The notes below the pieces were generated by a model that worked only from the letters and a program-made list of their open reading frames with translations, did no database searches and had not been told where the DNA came from. The position numbers were made by a program, and so were the translations under genes. This document shows positions 40,055-50,896 of a stretch of 64,000 bases of DNA, one piece after another. Origin of the DNA: Promethearchaeota archaeon (GTDB lineage: Archaea; Asgardarchaeota; Lokiarchaeia; Sigyniarchaeales; SOKP01); contig JBHLOY010000012.1 of NCBI GenBank assembly GCA_048939995.1, positions 16,281 through 80,280 of the forward strand. The letters run 5' to 3'. Each line of letters begins with the position of its first letter. The first letter of the stretch is position 1.

Positions 40055-41248
40055 TTATTTTTTCGAAAAAAAATATAACAATATTATGATAAAAACTAAG
40101 AAAAAAGAAACAATTAAAACAACAAAATAGACCATTTGAATTCCACCGAAATGGTAAAATACATCATAAATTATTGGAACAAGAGCAATCCCTATAAACT
40201 GCCCCGCTGTGACCAATCCTGCTAAAGCTCCCCTTCTTTCCTTAGAAAGGGTCTGACTATAGTACATCATTGTAGGTATTAAAATACCCCCTGCTGCTCC
40301 AGTAAAAATTAAGGCTAGTGTTGAATAAAAAAGAAGGCTTAAATTTGTTATATCTCCCAAAATTAAGAATATTAAGATACTTATATAGAGTGAAATCAAA
40401 CCTGAGATAATAGCAATTTTCACACCCTTAATTTTAATGGCATTCCCAATTATTAACCCTGCAATAGCACCAGTTATTCCTGATGAACCAATCACTAACC
40501 CAACAATAGCTTCTGGTAATATACCCGTAAAAGCTCTTGAAGTCCAAGTAATTATTGCTAAATAAGTTTGAGTAATCAAAAATGAAGTAAAAACCAACAA
40601 TATAACAACAGGACGGCGAATCTCTTGTGAGAAATGTTTTAGAAACATACGAATCCCTGCATTCTGAGTTGATACTTGAGAGGGTTGTTTTAAAATTAAC
40701 AAAATAATAAAGCCGATAAATGTAATTACAATAAAAATCAAATATAAATATCTCCATCCGAAGAAAGCTATTTGGCCTGCTATTATTGGGCCAAATCCCA
40801 CACCTAAATTTGCGACAGCGCCTAAGTACCCCATTTTTTTTGGAATATTTGGAATATTGGTAATATCTGTCATTAAAGCAATTAAGACAGGATTCACAAA
40901 ACCAAAACCAACCCCTCCCAAAACGTTTGCAATAATATACATTGGTAAAGATATTGACAAAATTGCAATAACCATGCCTAATCCAAAAATAGACAAACCA
41001 ATTAATATCACTTTGAACCGTCCTTTAATATCTGAAATTGCTCCAGAGAATAATTGGATAATAGCGAATGGAAACATAAATGAAGGAATTGAAATCAGAA
41101 TTGCACTTGTAGCTACGCTAAACTCTAGTGAAAGTACTCCAAAAAGAACCAATATCACATTTCCAGTTAATGGTCCTAAAGCAAAAAGAAGATAAATTAC
41201 AATCTCAACAAATACATATTTTTTGGTACTTTGTTCAATATCTTGCAT
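40055..41248 (-). CDS. MFS transporter (drug/H+ antiporter-like)
   Basis: 12 TM segments; GAISDIKGRF motif A. Confidence 0.9.
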   Translation of the reverse strand: MQDIEQSTKKYVFVEIVIYLLFALGPLTGNVILVLFGVLSLEFSVATSAILISIPSFMFPFAIIQLFSGAISDIKGRFKVILIGLSIFGLGMVIAILSISLPMYIIANVLGGVGFGFVNPVLIALMTDITNIPNIPKKMGYLGAVANLGVGFGPIIAGQIAFFGWRYLYLIFIVITFIGFIILLILKQPSQVSTQNAGIRMFLKHFSQEIRRPVVILLVFTSFLITQTYLAIITWTSRAFTGILPEAIVGLVIGSSGITGAIAGLIIGNAIKIKGVKIAIISGLISLYISILIFLILGDITNLSLLFYSTLALIFTGAAGGILIPTMMYYSQTLSKERRGALAGLVTAGQFIGIALVPIIYDVFYHFGGIQMVYFVVLIVSFFLVFIIILLYFFSKK

Positions 41249-41703
41249 AGTACTTCATCATTTTCAAACTAGTTAATCTGAATTAAACTTAACAATAATT
41301 AAAGTTTTAGTTTATAGAATTATTCGTGAAAGGATGGATATACGAAATTGTGGATCAATAGAGTTCGATTGTCAATAAGTTTAAAAAGGCACATATCGGT
41401 CAATTTATTGATTATATTTGAAGTTAAAACTCAAAGATATGGATGAATTTCTATTTTAAAAGTTGCTTTTTCTAGATCTATGAGTTGATTAGGTTCAAAA
41501 TGCGAAAATATTAAATATTGGATTGTGATTAATCTAATTTGTTCATATTTGATCGTCGATCCAATGTTGGTCTAAATTAAGCATTTAATTTCATTAATAT
41601 CCCCCAAAGATATGCACATAATCAATTTTTGATCATAGATCAAATAATGAATAATCAATTTCACAAAAAAATATATCAAAATTAAAAATTTGGAGAAATA
41701 AAA

Positions 41704-44700
41704 ATGAAAAGAAAAGCTATGTTAGTAGTAATATGCTTAACGTTGGTAATTACTGTATTTACTATATTCCCTTCGAATGTTAGTGCTGTTACTGAAGATG
41801 AAATTGAGCAAGCAATAGAAGATGGAGTTGTTTGGCTTGCCGGTGATCAAGAACTTGATGGAAGTTGGCCGGCTTTTTGGGAAGATGTTGCTACTACAGG
41901 TCTAGCTGTTTTAAAACTTGAGACTTATGCATATGAGGTAGGTTATGAGTCACCATTCGATCCTGCGTACCCATATCATGAGAATGTTATCAATGGATTA
42001 AATTATCTTTTTGGATCAACAGTAATGTACATAGAGAGTTTATCACTACAGGATCACACTACTGGTGCTACAGGTACAGTTGATGACCCAGATGTTAGAA
42101 ATAATGGTATTGGGGTATATTCACTTGGTTCACCATATTACTTTGAGGTATATGATACAGGGATTGTGTTAGCAGCAATATCAGCCAGTGGTACCCCAGA
42201 TAGAATAGTAAATGTACCGGGAAGTATTGTCGATGGATGGAAATACAGCGAGGTAGCCCAAGATATGATTGATTGGCTAGCATATGCTCAGGCAGATCTT
42301 GGTGTAGGACAAGGTGGATGGGAATACAAGGCAGCGGATAATAGTCCAGGGAAAAGGCCTGAAGATCCCAATGCAATTTCGAGTTATGGTCCAGATAACT
42401 CTAACTCAGGATATGCGGTTTTAGGACTTGCTTATGCACAAGATTTTGGATGTATAATTCCAAATTGGGTGAAGATAGAACTCAATGCTTATATTAACAA
42501 TATTCAAGATCCTGTTAACGGAGATGATGATGATGGCGGATCATGGTATACCGCTTATAGTACAGCAATTGGGACAAATATTTTGAAAACTGGAAACCTA
42601 ATCTTCGAAATGGCACTTGTTGGAGATTCACCAACAACACCAAGAGTTGTTGACGCGTTGGATTATCTAGAACGCCATTGGGGCGATGCAAGTGGAGGTA
42701 ATCTGCCACCAGGATGGGATGGAAACCCTGCACAGTATCAAGCAATGTTCTGTGCGATGAAAGGTCTTGAATACATAGGAATAGATGTCTTTAACGGTAT
42801 AGATTGGTATCAGGACTTTGCCCAAAAAATTGTTGAACAACAAAGTGGTGATGGTTCATGGCAGTTATCATCAGGACGTGGAAATCCTACGATAATCACA
42901 GCCTGGGCACTACTTGTTCTTGAAAAGGTTGCTCCGCCACCACCACAAGAGATTCTTCCACCCGAGGTTACTAAGACTGTTTCACCCGAAGATATCATTA
43001 TTGGATCTGGAGAGAAAGCCACAGTAACCATAGAAGTTACAGGTGCGGGTGGTACTGAGTCGACAATTACACCTATGGATGTTGTATTTGCCATCGATAG
43101 CTCTGGAAGTATGACCTCGAGTGATCCCTATAATTTACGCTTGGATGCAGCTAAAGATTTTGTTGATAAAATGGTGGACACACGAGATCAGGCTGGAGTA
43201 GTAAGTTGGGACATGATTTATCCACCCACCTGGCCAACAGGTATAGATTTCACGTTTGGTCTTTCTAATGATTTTGATGATATAGATGGGGTAAAATACT
43301 GGATTGACCAAGTTGATGCTTCTGGTGGTACTGACCTTAACCTTGGTCTCGATACAGCAATAGATATGCTTGACGCTGGAAAACAGACTGAAGCATCCTG
43401 GATTATTATCTTTCTTACAGATGGAATGGGGTTATATACACCTTCAGGTTCTCCTGGATCACCAGCTGATGAAGCTGCGTCTAAAGGATATATAATATAT
43501 TCTATAGGCCTAGGATCAGGGCATTCTCCTGTACCTTTGCAAGACATGGCAGCAGCTACAGGAGGAGTATATTATGATTCACCCGATCCAGAAAATCTAG
43601 AGGAAATATATAACGCGATATATGAAGAAATAACCACGAGTACAGTGCCACACTATGTTAATGTTACTGAAGTTACCGAGAGTTATGTCGTCGTTGATGA
43701 GACTAGCTTTAACGTTGAGCCAGATAGTATCACCCATAATCCTGATGGAACCACCACAATCATCTGGGAAAATATCGGTATGTATACTGATGACGATCCA
43801 GATATGTCAGCTGATGAAATTGTAACTCTAACGTTCGATATAAAATTCAGAACAATAGGAGTTGATTTAGATGTTGATGTCGAAGGAGAATCAATAGTAG
43901 AGTATGGTGATAAAGATGGAAACTATATAGGTTATGTTGAGATCCCTCAGGCTACAATCAACGTTCTTCCATTTGTTACTGATTTGATTGCTGGTGGTGG
44001 AAATCCTAAAAGTGCCATTGATGTGGGTGATGTTGTTATTTGGAATGATGAAGACTTTCTCTATATTACATATGTAACATATGGTGATTGGTTTATATCT
44101 GGGACGCACTTGCATGTTGCTGCTGATTTAGGGGATATTCCTCAAACTAAGAAGGGTAACCCCATTCCAGGACATTTTGATTATAACACTTGTCATGATC
44201 CACCTGTCCAGAATGTTTTATATACCATTCCATGGACATGGGCTCCAGAAACAACGCTTTACATTGCCGCTCATGCTGATGTAGTAAAAATTATCGAGGA
44301 TTGCTTTGAAATTGTAAGTGATCAGTCAGTTCTTTGGTCATCAGATGGGATTTCTTGGGAAAATTCATACTCAACTTATGTTCATCCGAGTTGGCCATCA
44401 GATCCTTCGATTGAGGGAGCTACATGGATTTGGAGAACATCTATAACAGATCCTGCTCTCGAATATGCTACAGTACCAGATGGAGGATGGTATTTCCAGA
44501 AAAACTTCTTAATCCCCGGTGTTCCTACTTCAGGCGAGATTTCAATAAATGTAGATAATGCTTATGAACTTTATTTGAATAATGTAATGATTGGTGGAGA
44601 AGGTTCAATGAGTAAAGATGGTCCAGATTTCTATGAATGGAATACAATTCAATCTTTTGATCTCCTCGATTATCTTAACTCTGATGATAATACTATACTT

Positions 44701-44874
44701 ATCCGAGCTTTAAACTTTTTTGACGCGGGTACTGCTTACAGCAACCCAGCAGGGATAATTTTCAAGATGCAGGTGTGTTATGAATATATTGAAAAGGAGG
44801 AGACTGCGTGGGGCGATGGTGAAATTTTTGAAGGTGCAAACTGGGCAACATACATAGTATATGTGGATCCTTAA
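41704..44874 (+). CDS. Large secreted multidomain protein: prenyltransferase/squalene-cyclase-like alpha/alpha barrel, vWA domain and beta-sandwich/carbohydrate-binding-like domains
   Basis: Signal peptide; Q..DGSW repeats; vWA MIDAS DSSGSM...GGT...LTDG; C-terminal WIW...FQKNF...VDNAYELYLN module. Confidence 0.8.
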   Translation: MKRKAMLVVICLTLVITVFTIFPSNVSAVTEDEIEQAIEDGVVWLAGDQELDGSWPAFWEDVATTGLAVLKLETYAYEVGYESPFDPAYPYHENVINGLNYLFGSTVMYIESLSLQDHTTGATGTVDDPDVRNNGIGVYSLGSPYYFEVYDTGIVLAAISASGTPDRIVNVPGSIVDGWKYSEVAQDMIDWLAYAQADLGVGQGGWEYKAADNSPGKRPEDPNAISSYGPDNSNSGYAVLGLAYAQDFGCIIPNWVKIELNAYINNIQDPVNGDDDDGGSWYTAYSTAIGTNILKTGNLIFEMALVGDSPTTPRVVDALDYLERHWGDASGGNLPPGWDGNPAQYQAMFCAMKGLEYIGIDVFNGIDWYQDFAQKIVEQQSGDGSWQLSSGRGNPTIITAWALLVLEKVAPPPPQEILPPEVTKTVSPEDIIIGSGEKATVTIEVTGAGGTESTITPMDVVFAIDSSGSMTSSDPYNLRLDAAKDFVDKMVDTRDQAGVVSWDMIYPPTWPTGIDFTFGLSNDFDDIDGVKYWIDQVDASGGTDLNLGLDTAIDMLDAGKQTEASWIIIFLTDGMGLYTPSGSPGSPADEAASKGYIIYSIGLGSGHSPVPLQDMAAATGGVYYDSPDPENLEEIYNAIYEEITTSTVPHYVNVTEVTESYVVVDETSFNVEPDSITHNPDGTTTIIWENIGMYTDDDPDMSADEIVTLTFDIKFRTIGVDLDVDVEGESIVEYGDKDGNYIGYVEIPQATINVLPFVTDLIAGGGNPKSAIDVGDVVIWNDEDFLYITYVTYGDWFISGTHLHVAADLGDIPQTKKGNPIPGHFDYNTCHDPPVQNVLYTIPWTWAPETTLYIAAHADVVKIIEDCFEIVSDQSVLWSSDGISWENSYSTYVHPSWPSDPSIEGATWIWRTSITDPALEYATVPDGGWYFQKNFLIPGVPTSGEISINVDNAYELYLNNVMIGGEGSMSKDGPDFYEWNTIQSFDLLDYLNSDDNTILIRALNFFDAGTAYSNPAGIIFKMQVCYEYIEKEETAWGDGEIFEGANWATYIVYVDP

Positions 44875-45144
44875 AGGAAAAAGAGAGAATACCCGAAAAG
44901 TAAACAAGTATGGCAGTTTAAAATATCCAAAAATTTCTTTTTTTTTTTCTTATTAACTTTTCATGCTTTATGAAATTGAAAAAAGATTAAACAACTTAAC
45001 CAATAAATCTTATTTCTTTCTGAAAGTGAAAGATTGGTTTCATGAAGTTCTTAAAAGCAGAACTAATAATTTACTCCTAATCAGAAACTATTAATATAAT
45101 TTTGATTAATCTATATTCAATATTCAAAATTTACTACAAGTAAG

Positions 45145-46497
45145 GTGACTAGAGTGTCAAAAAGTGACAGAGAAAGGTTCTCTATAGGACATACATTAGC
45201 ATACAGTGCTGGTTTATTTTCAGATGTAGCATCATACCAATTTTTTACTTTCTTAATTTTTACGTTTTATTATTCAGTAGTTGGCTTACCTACTGATTGG
45301 ATAACCTGGGCATTTATAGCTTGGAGCATCTGGAATGCATTAAATGACCCTATGTGGGGTATTATTTCAGATAGGACAAATACTAAATGGGGGAAACGAC
45401 GCCCATATATTATAATAAGCTTCATCCCGTTATGCCTTATTATGATTCTTCTATGGACGCCAATAAGAACTAATCAAGTTTCTTCTTTTATCTACTTTTT
45501 TATCATAATAATGGCCTTCGATACAATTTATACCCTCTATAGTATTAATCAGACTTCTCTTTTTCCAGAAATGTTTCAATCATTAGAAATTAGAACCAAA
45601 GTGAACAATATTAGGCAAATTTTCTCTGTATTAGCTTTGATTTTTGCATTTATAATGCCAAGCTTTTTTATTTCAGACTATACTTTACCTGAGAATGCCC
45701 CCGGTTATGTAATTACCGGAATAGTCATGGCTATTATGATGGCTATTGGAGCAATTATTTTTATTCTTTTCGGCATTAAAGAGAAACCTGAATTCTCGGT
45801 TGATAAAGAGACATTCCCCTCCTTCTTTTATTCGTTATGGATTACACTAATCAATAAATCATTTATTTGTTATGCTTTAACTGCTTTAGCAAATTGGTAT
45901 GTATTTGGAATGCTTCCAACAATCGTCCCAATATATGCAAAATTTGTACTTAATACCCCCAGTTCACTCCTTCAGTCTATTTTACTTGGTTTAGCTTTCA
46001 TTTCATCTATTATATTTATTTTTCTGTGGCGTTTTGTTACTCTTAAAATTGGTTTAAGAAAGGGTTTCATACTTTCAATGTTAATGTTTATAGTTGTTCT
46101 TATCCCCTTTATGTTTATCTCTGACTTTCTTTCGGGTTTAATCGCATACTTTTTTGTTGGTCTTGGATTATCTGGCTCATTGTTTTTTAGAGACCCACTA
46201 GTTTCAGCTATAGCAGACGAGGATGAACTTGAAACAGGAGATCGTAGAGAAGGAAGTTTTTATGGTGTAAATGCTTTAATAGTAAGGCTTTCGACTATAT
46301 TCATCTTTGTTACTATTAACTCTGTATTTCAAAGTGTAGGTTGGAGAGTCTTCACGCCCGCAACAGTGGGACCAGAGACTATTTTCGGTCTAAGAATGCT
46401 AATGTTTGGTTTTCCTGCAATTGCACTAGGTTTCGGAATCATTATGATGTTGCTCTTCCCCATTACTAAGAAGAAATTTGAAGTAATAAAAGAATAA
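45145..46497 (+). CDS. Glycoside-pentoside-hexuronide (MelB-like, MFS_2) symporter
   Basis: WNALNDPMWGIISDRTNTKWGKRRPY and DEDELETGDRREGSFYG. Confidence 0.92.
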   Translation: MTRVSKSDRERFSIGHTLAYSAGLFSDVASYQFFTFLIFTFYYSVVGLPTDWITWAFIAWSIWNALNDPMWGIISDRTNTKWGKRRPYIIISFIPLCLIMILLWTPIRTNQVSSFIYFFIIIMAFDTIYTLYSINQTSLFPEMFQSLEIRTKVNNIRQIFSVLALIFAFIMPSFFISDYTLPENAPGYVITGIVMAIMMAIGAIIFILFGIKEKPEFSVDKETFPSFFYSLWITLINKSFICYALTALANWYVFGMLPTIVPIYAKFVLNTPSSLLQSILLGLAFISSIIFIFLWRFVTLKIGLRKGFILSMLMFIVVLIPFMFISDFLSGLIAYFFVGLGLSGSLFFRDPLVSAIADEDELETGDRREGSFYGVNALIVRLSTIFIFVTINSVFQSVGWRVFTPATVGPETIFGLRMLMFGFPAIALGFGIIMMLLFPITKKKFEVIKE

Positions 46498-46592
46498 GTA
46501 AATAAGCTCCATGAGGAGAAACAAGCCAAATTATTATCCTCCTAACTTTAAATTTTTTTATTTTTTAAGTTAATTATTCATTTCTCATAGCC

Positions 46593-47888
46593 ATGACAGA
46601 AAAACCCAATATTATTTTATTTATAACCCATGATCAAGGTCAATTTATAGGTTGTTATGACTCACCACAAACACCAAACTCATTAAACACTCCTAATTTA
46701 GACAAACTAGCCAAAGAAGGGGTTAGATTTACTAACCATTTTTGTACAGCCCCTCAATGTAGTCCAAGTAGGGGAAGTATTCAGACATCTTTATATCCAC
46801 ACCAGCATGGATTAATGGGACTAGTAGATCGTGGTTGGACTCTCCCCTCTAACAATAAAACATTACCAATCTATTTAAAAGAAAACGGCTACACTACACA
46901 CTTGATAGGATTACAACATGAAAGTAAAGATGTTAAAATATTAGGATATGATACCAACACAAAGCGAAAAAGAGAATTTTCCTATTCATGTAAAAAAATG
47001 GAAAGTCAATACTTAGAATTTTTGAAAGAACATAAGAATGATCCCAAACCTTTTTATGTTTGCATAGGTACATGGGAGATTCACAGACCATTTGATGGAT
47101 GGGGAATACCGGTGAAACCTGATGAGGTTAATGTGCCTCCTTATTTGCCTGATCACGAAATGATAAGAAAAGATTTAGCCAATTATTATAGTGCTATTCA
47201 TATCTTAGATAAATCAATTGGAAAGGTTACAAATCTGTTAAATGATCTAAGTCTAAGAGAAAATACTGTAATTTGTTTTACAACAGATCATGGAGAACCA
47301 TTCCCTAGGGCTAAATGTACATTATATGATCCCGGAATTAAAACTGCTCTTCTGCTCTCATATCCTAATATTGATGATTTAAGCAATGGTAAAATAGTAA
47401 ATCACATGATTAGCAATTTAGATTTGTTACCCACTTTACTAGACTTAATTGGTGTAAAAATACCTAAATCTATTCAAGGAAAGAGTTTTTTAAATTATGC
47501 TCAAGAAGAAACCTTTAGAACTGAGATATTTACTGAAAAAACATTTCATGAGTACTATGATCCAATAAGAAGTATTAGAACCGAGAGATATAAATATATC
47601 ATCAATTTTGAAAAAATGAACAATCTATATCAGATAGATTTATTCACTGCTCATGATTCTGCGGGTAAATATATGGAAAATTTAATTAAAGCACCCCGAC
47701 CTAACGAAGAATTCTACGATTTGAAGGAAGATCCAATGGAACTTAATAATATAGTTAACGATTCTAGCTTTCGAGATATGATTCTGGAGTTAAAAAACCA
47801 ACTCTTTAAATGGATGAAAGACACCAATGATCCTATCCTTAAAGGTAAGATTGAGGATAAACGAACTGAGCCTATAAAAAGATATTAA
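46593..47888 (+). CDS. Sulfatase (N-sulfoglucosamine sulfohydrolase-like)
   Basis: KPNIILFITHD, CSPSRGS (formylglycine site), TDHG, K.TLYD.G. Confidence 0.92.
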   Translation: MTEKPNIILFITHDQGQFIGCYDSPQTPNSLNTPNLDKLAKEGVRFTNHFCTAPQCSPSRGSIQTSLYPHQHGLMGLVDRGWTLPSNNKTLPIYLKENGYTTHLIGLQHESKDVKILGYDTNTKRKREFSYSCKKMESQYLEFLKEHKNDPKPFYVCIGTWEIHRPFDGWGIPVKPDEVNVPPYLPDHEMIRKDLANYYSAIHILDKSIGKVTNLLNDLSLRENTVICFTTDHGEPFPRAKCTLYDPGIKTALLLSYPNIDDLSNGKIVNHMISNLDLLPTLLDLIGVKIPKSIQGKSFLNYAQEETFRTEIFTEKTFHEYYDPIRSIRTERYKYIINFEKMNNLYQIDLFTAHDSAGKYMENLIKAPRPNEEFYDLKEDPMELNNIVNDSSFRDMILELKNQLFKWMKDTNDPILKGKIEDKRTEPIKRY

Positions 47889-47915
47889 AAAAATAAAAAA
47901 AAATAGTTAGAATTT

Positions 47916-49013
47916 TTATTCTCTTTTAAACATAGCTTTAATATCCTTCTCACACAAGAAAAAAGCAATTGCGATTGGAAATCCGAAGACAATGAAGTAG
48001 CAAGAAGCTGCAATTGCCATATAGCGGCAAAAGTTTACTTTAAACAGCGTTCCTATTGAACCGATTAAAAGAATAAGAGAAATTGTGAGGTAAAAATACC
48101 CTAATATTGAAATAGCAATCTCATCAGCGGGAGTGGGGAAGTCTGTATAGAGCGCGGCAACAACATCAGCCATTAATATTGCCAATAATGCATATAATAA
48201 GATAAATACTGCAAAGATTAATGAAACTGATGATACGACCTTTAAAGCAGTTTTTCTATTGATTTTTGGCACATCAGGATTCTCTCTTGGATGTTCCTGC
48301 ACATTACGTGCTCCATACATGAGTAACATCAATGGTAAGAATGTATAAAGTGTCATCTCAAACATTACAGCAAACTCCCTTTCACCGTAATAAACTAATG
48401 GTGTAAGTGCAAACATTAATACAAGAGAGAGTGCCGTTGATATTATAAACAACCAGAATGTATCTTTATAGCCTTTTCTCAAGAAATAAAATGCAAGCAG
48501 AAGCGTCACGACGACTACAACATCACCAATTAGATAAAGTCCACTGAGAGTATGCTGAGGAATCCAAGTCCAATTAAGGATATCAGAATGAAAAAGTTGA
48601 AAGTTACCCCAGAAGCTAATCCTACTTGACCAAAAGTTCATTTCATGTAAATCATGAAAAAATTGATCAATAAAGAAATGAGAAAATCCAGCAGCAGCTA
48701 CAATACAATAAGCATTTTTCCAACTAATCTCTCGTATTCCACTATCCTCAAATTTTAAGCGAATGCCTTTTTCTGATCTTACTAAAGAAAATCTTGAAGA
48801 ATAAGTCCAAACCAAAGAATAAGGAATTGCTAGAATAAGAAATCCAAAGATTGAATGAAATGGCGTGACGAAAAATAGATTAACTAAATCTGGGCCCCAA
48901 AGACAGTTGATTAAGAAAATAATTGCAACTTTATAGCTAAACTTGTTTCTTGTAAAATACATTATGGGAATTAATAAACATAGTCCATAAAAAATATGTC
49001 CAAAAGTTGGCAT
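47916..49013 (-). CDS. Membrane protein, possible membrane-bound metal-dependent hydrolase
   Basis: MPTFGH...GPD...FHS...SHFFID pattern; many TM segments; ATG 49013 preferred. Confidence 0.65.
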   Translation of the reverse strand: MPTFGHIFYGLCLLIPIMYFTRNKFSYKVAIIFLINCLWGPDLVNLFFVTPFHSIFGFLILAIPYSLVWTYSSRFSLVRSEKGIRLKFEDSGIREISWKNAYCIVAAAGFSHFFIDQFFHDLHEMNFWSSRISFWGNFQLFHSDILNWTWIPQHTLSGLYLIGDVVVVVTLLLAFYFLRKGYKDTFWLFIISTALSLVLMFALTPLVYYGEREFAVMFEMTLYTFLPLMLLMYGARNVQEHPRENPDVPKINRKTALKVVSSVSLIFAVFILLYALLAILMADVVAALYTDFPTPADEIAISILGYFYLTISLILLIGSIGTLFKVNFCRYMAIAASCYFIVFGFPIAIAFFLCEKDIKAMFKRE

Positions 49014-49156
49014 ATTATCCCTCAAAAGTTTTAATATAAATTTTATTAAACATAATTCGAGAAGGTTATATATAAAGATTAATTTTGGTTAAAACATTAA
49101 CTTCCTAAATTAACTTTAATTCTTTAATATCATATATCTGAATTAGTCGAATTATT

Positions 49157-50125
49157 ATGTCATTTCAAGGTATAAAAAATGCATCTAAGAGAATTGGCTA
49201 TTCAGCTAATAATACACCAGTAATGACGTCTCGTACCTTAGATAATTTAACAGCCGCAAATATCTATCTAAAATGTGAGAATTTTCAAAGAGCAGGATCC
49301 TTTAAATTTCGTGGAGCATTTAATGCAATGGGTATTCTTTCTAAGGATAAAAGTAAGCGGGGAATAATTACACATTCTAGTGGAAATCATGCGCAAGCTG
49401 TTGCTCTAGCTGCATCTATTTTAGGTATGAAAGCCACAATAGTTATGCCAAAGGGCGCTCCTAAAAATAAAATAAAAGCTACTGAAGGATATGGAGCTAA
49501 GATTGTATTTTGTGAAAATACACTTGAAGCCAGAATTCAAAAAACAGAAGAACTAATAGAACAAGAGGGGTATACACTAATTCATCCCTTTGACAATGAT
49601 TATATTATTTATGGTCAAGGAACTGCAGCATTCGAGTTAATCCAACAAGTAGGTAAACTAGATTCAATTGGAGCTCCCATTGGTGGCGGTGGTTTGTTAA
49701 GTGGAACAGCTATTGCTGCTAAAGGCTTAGATCCAAGGATTAAAGTATTTGGGGTTGAACCTTCAATGGCAGATGATGCTCTAAGGTCAATTAATGAGGG
49801 ACATATCATTGCAAGTACTTACCCAAATACGATTGCAGATGGTCTTCGGACTTCTCTTTGTGAACGAACTTTCAAAATTATTCAGTCTTATGTTGATGAA
49901 ATCGTTACTGTATCAGAAAAAGAAATAATTGATGCTATGAGATTCTTATGGGAGCGTATGAAAATAATCGTTGAGCCTTCTGGGGCCGTTCCGTTGGCAG
50001 CATTGATGACAAAGAGGATAAAAATTGAAGGTAAAAAGGTAGGTGTCATTATAAGCGGAGGAAACATCGATATTGAGCCTTTTTTCCAGCTACTTGAGCA
50101 AAAGATTGACGTAAATCCGGAATAA
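49157..50125 (+). CDS. PLP-dependent serine/threonine dehydratase / serine racemase family protein
   Basis: KCENFQRAGSFKFRGA, SSGNHAQ, GGGGLLSG, EPSGA, SGGNID. Confidence 0.93.
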   Translation: MSFQGIKNASKRIGYSANNTPVMTSRTLDNLTAANIYLKCENFQRAGSFKFRGAFNAMGILSKDKSKRGIITHSSGNHAQAVALAASILGMKATIVMPKGAPKNKIKATEGYGAKIVFCENTLEARIQKTEELIEQEGYTLIHPFDNDYIIYGQGTAAFELIQQVGKLDSIGAPIGGGGLLSGTAIAAKGLDPRIKVFGVEPSMADDALRSINEGHIIASTYPNTIADGLRTSLCERTFKIIQSYVDEIVTVSEKEIIDAMRFLWERMKIIVEPSGAVPLAALMTKRIKIEGKKVGVIISGGNIDIEPFFQLLEQKIDVNPE

Positions 50126-50136
50126 GGTGCGATTCT

Positions 50137-50862
50137 TTGTTTTTTAAAATTAAAGGAGAAAACATTCCTTTAGTGATGGCAGGAACTTCTCCATTCATTG
50201 GCGCAGGTCAATTTGGGGTGAAAGCTTACGAGTATCGTAGAAAATTTTTATTTAATATTGATGCAATGTTAGATATTTTAGAGAATTCTTATAAATTTGG
50301 AAGCCGTGGGATTGAAGTGATTCCAGATGGAAAAATTTGTGATGCAGTAAAAATTATGACGGAAACCTACAACGATTACGTTGTAACTGGTTCTACTTTC
50401 CCTGGAACGGATCCACTTATCGAAGAATTGATAAATATCAGTGCTAAAATAATATTTGTCCACGGAATGGTCTCAGATAATCTCGATAAAAGACTTTCAA
50501 GATTATTAGATGATATCTCTTCCAGAGGTGTGATTCCAGGAATTGCAGTACATAATCCTATTCCTACCTTGGAATTTTGTTTTAAAAATCTAAAAGAAAT
50601 TAAAACTTATTTAATACCGTTTAATGTGAAAGGCTTCATTATGGGAAACCAATTAAAATTAGAAACTATGATAGATAATAAAAAAGATTACTTTTTTGTT
50701 GGAATGAAAACGTTAGCAGCAGGACATATTGATCCAAAAGTAGCATTTGATTATATTTCCAGACATAATATTTGTTCAGTAACTATTGGTATGACTACTA
50801 CCCAGGAGGCGATAAATTCAACTAAAATTGCCTTAGAAAGCCTAACTAGGAAAGTAACCTAA
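50137..50862 (+). CDS. Hypothetical TIM-barrel protein (aldo/keto-reductase-like)
   Basis: GTSPFIGAGQFG, PGIAVH, MKTLAAG, TIGM. Confidence 0.65.
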   Translation: MFFKIKGENIPLVMAGTSPFIGAGQFGVKAYEYRRKFLFNIDAMLDILENSYKFGSRGIEVIPDGKICDAVKIMTETYNDYVVTGSTFPGTDPLIEELINISAKIIFVHGMVSDNLDKRLSRLLDDISSRGVIPGIAVHNPIPTLEFCFKNLKEIKTYLIPFNVKGFIMGNQLKLETMIDNKKDYFFVGMKTLAAGHIDPKVAFDYISRHNICSVTIGMTTTQEAINSTKIALESLTRKVT

Positions 50863-50896
50863 TAAACTTTTAAGTTATCACTCAAAGAATATACTT

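Noticed and set aside
41704-42940. Squalene/oxidosqualene cyclase (hopanoid or sterol synthesis)
   Set aside because: Single barrel in a secreted vWA protein; no DXDD/DCTAE catalytic motif in the expected context, only QW-like structural repeats
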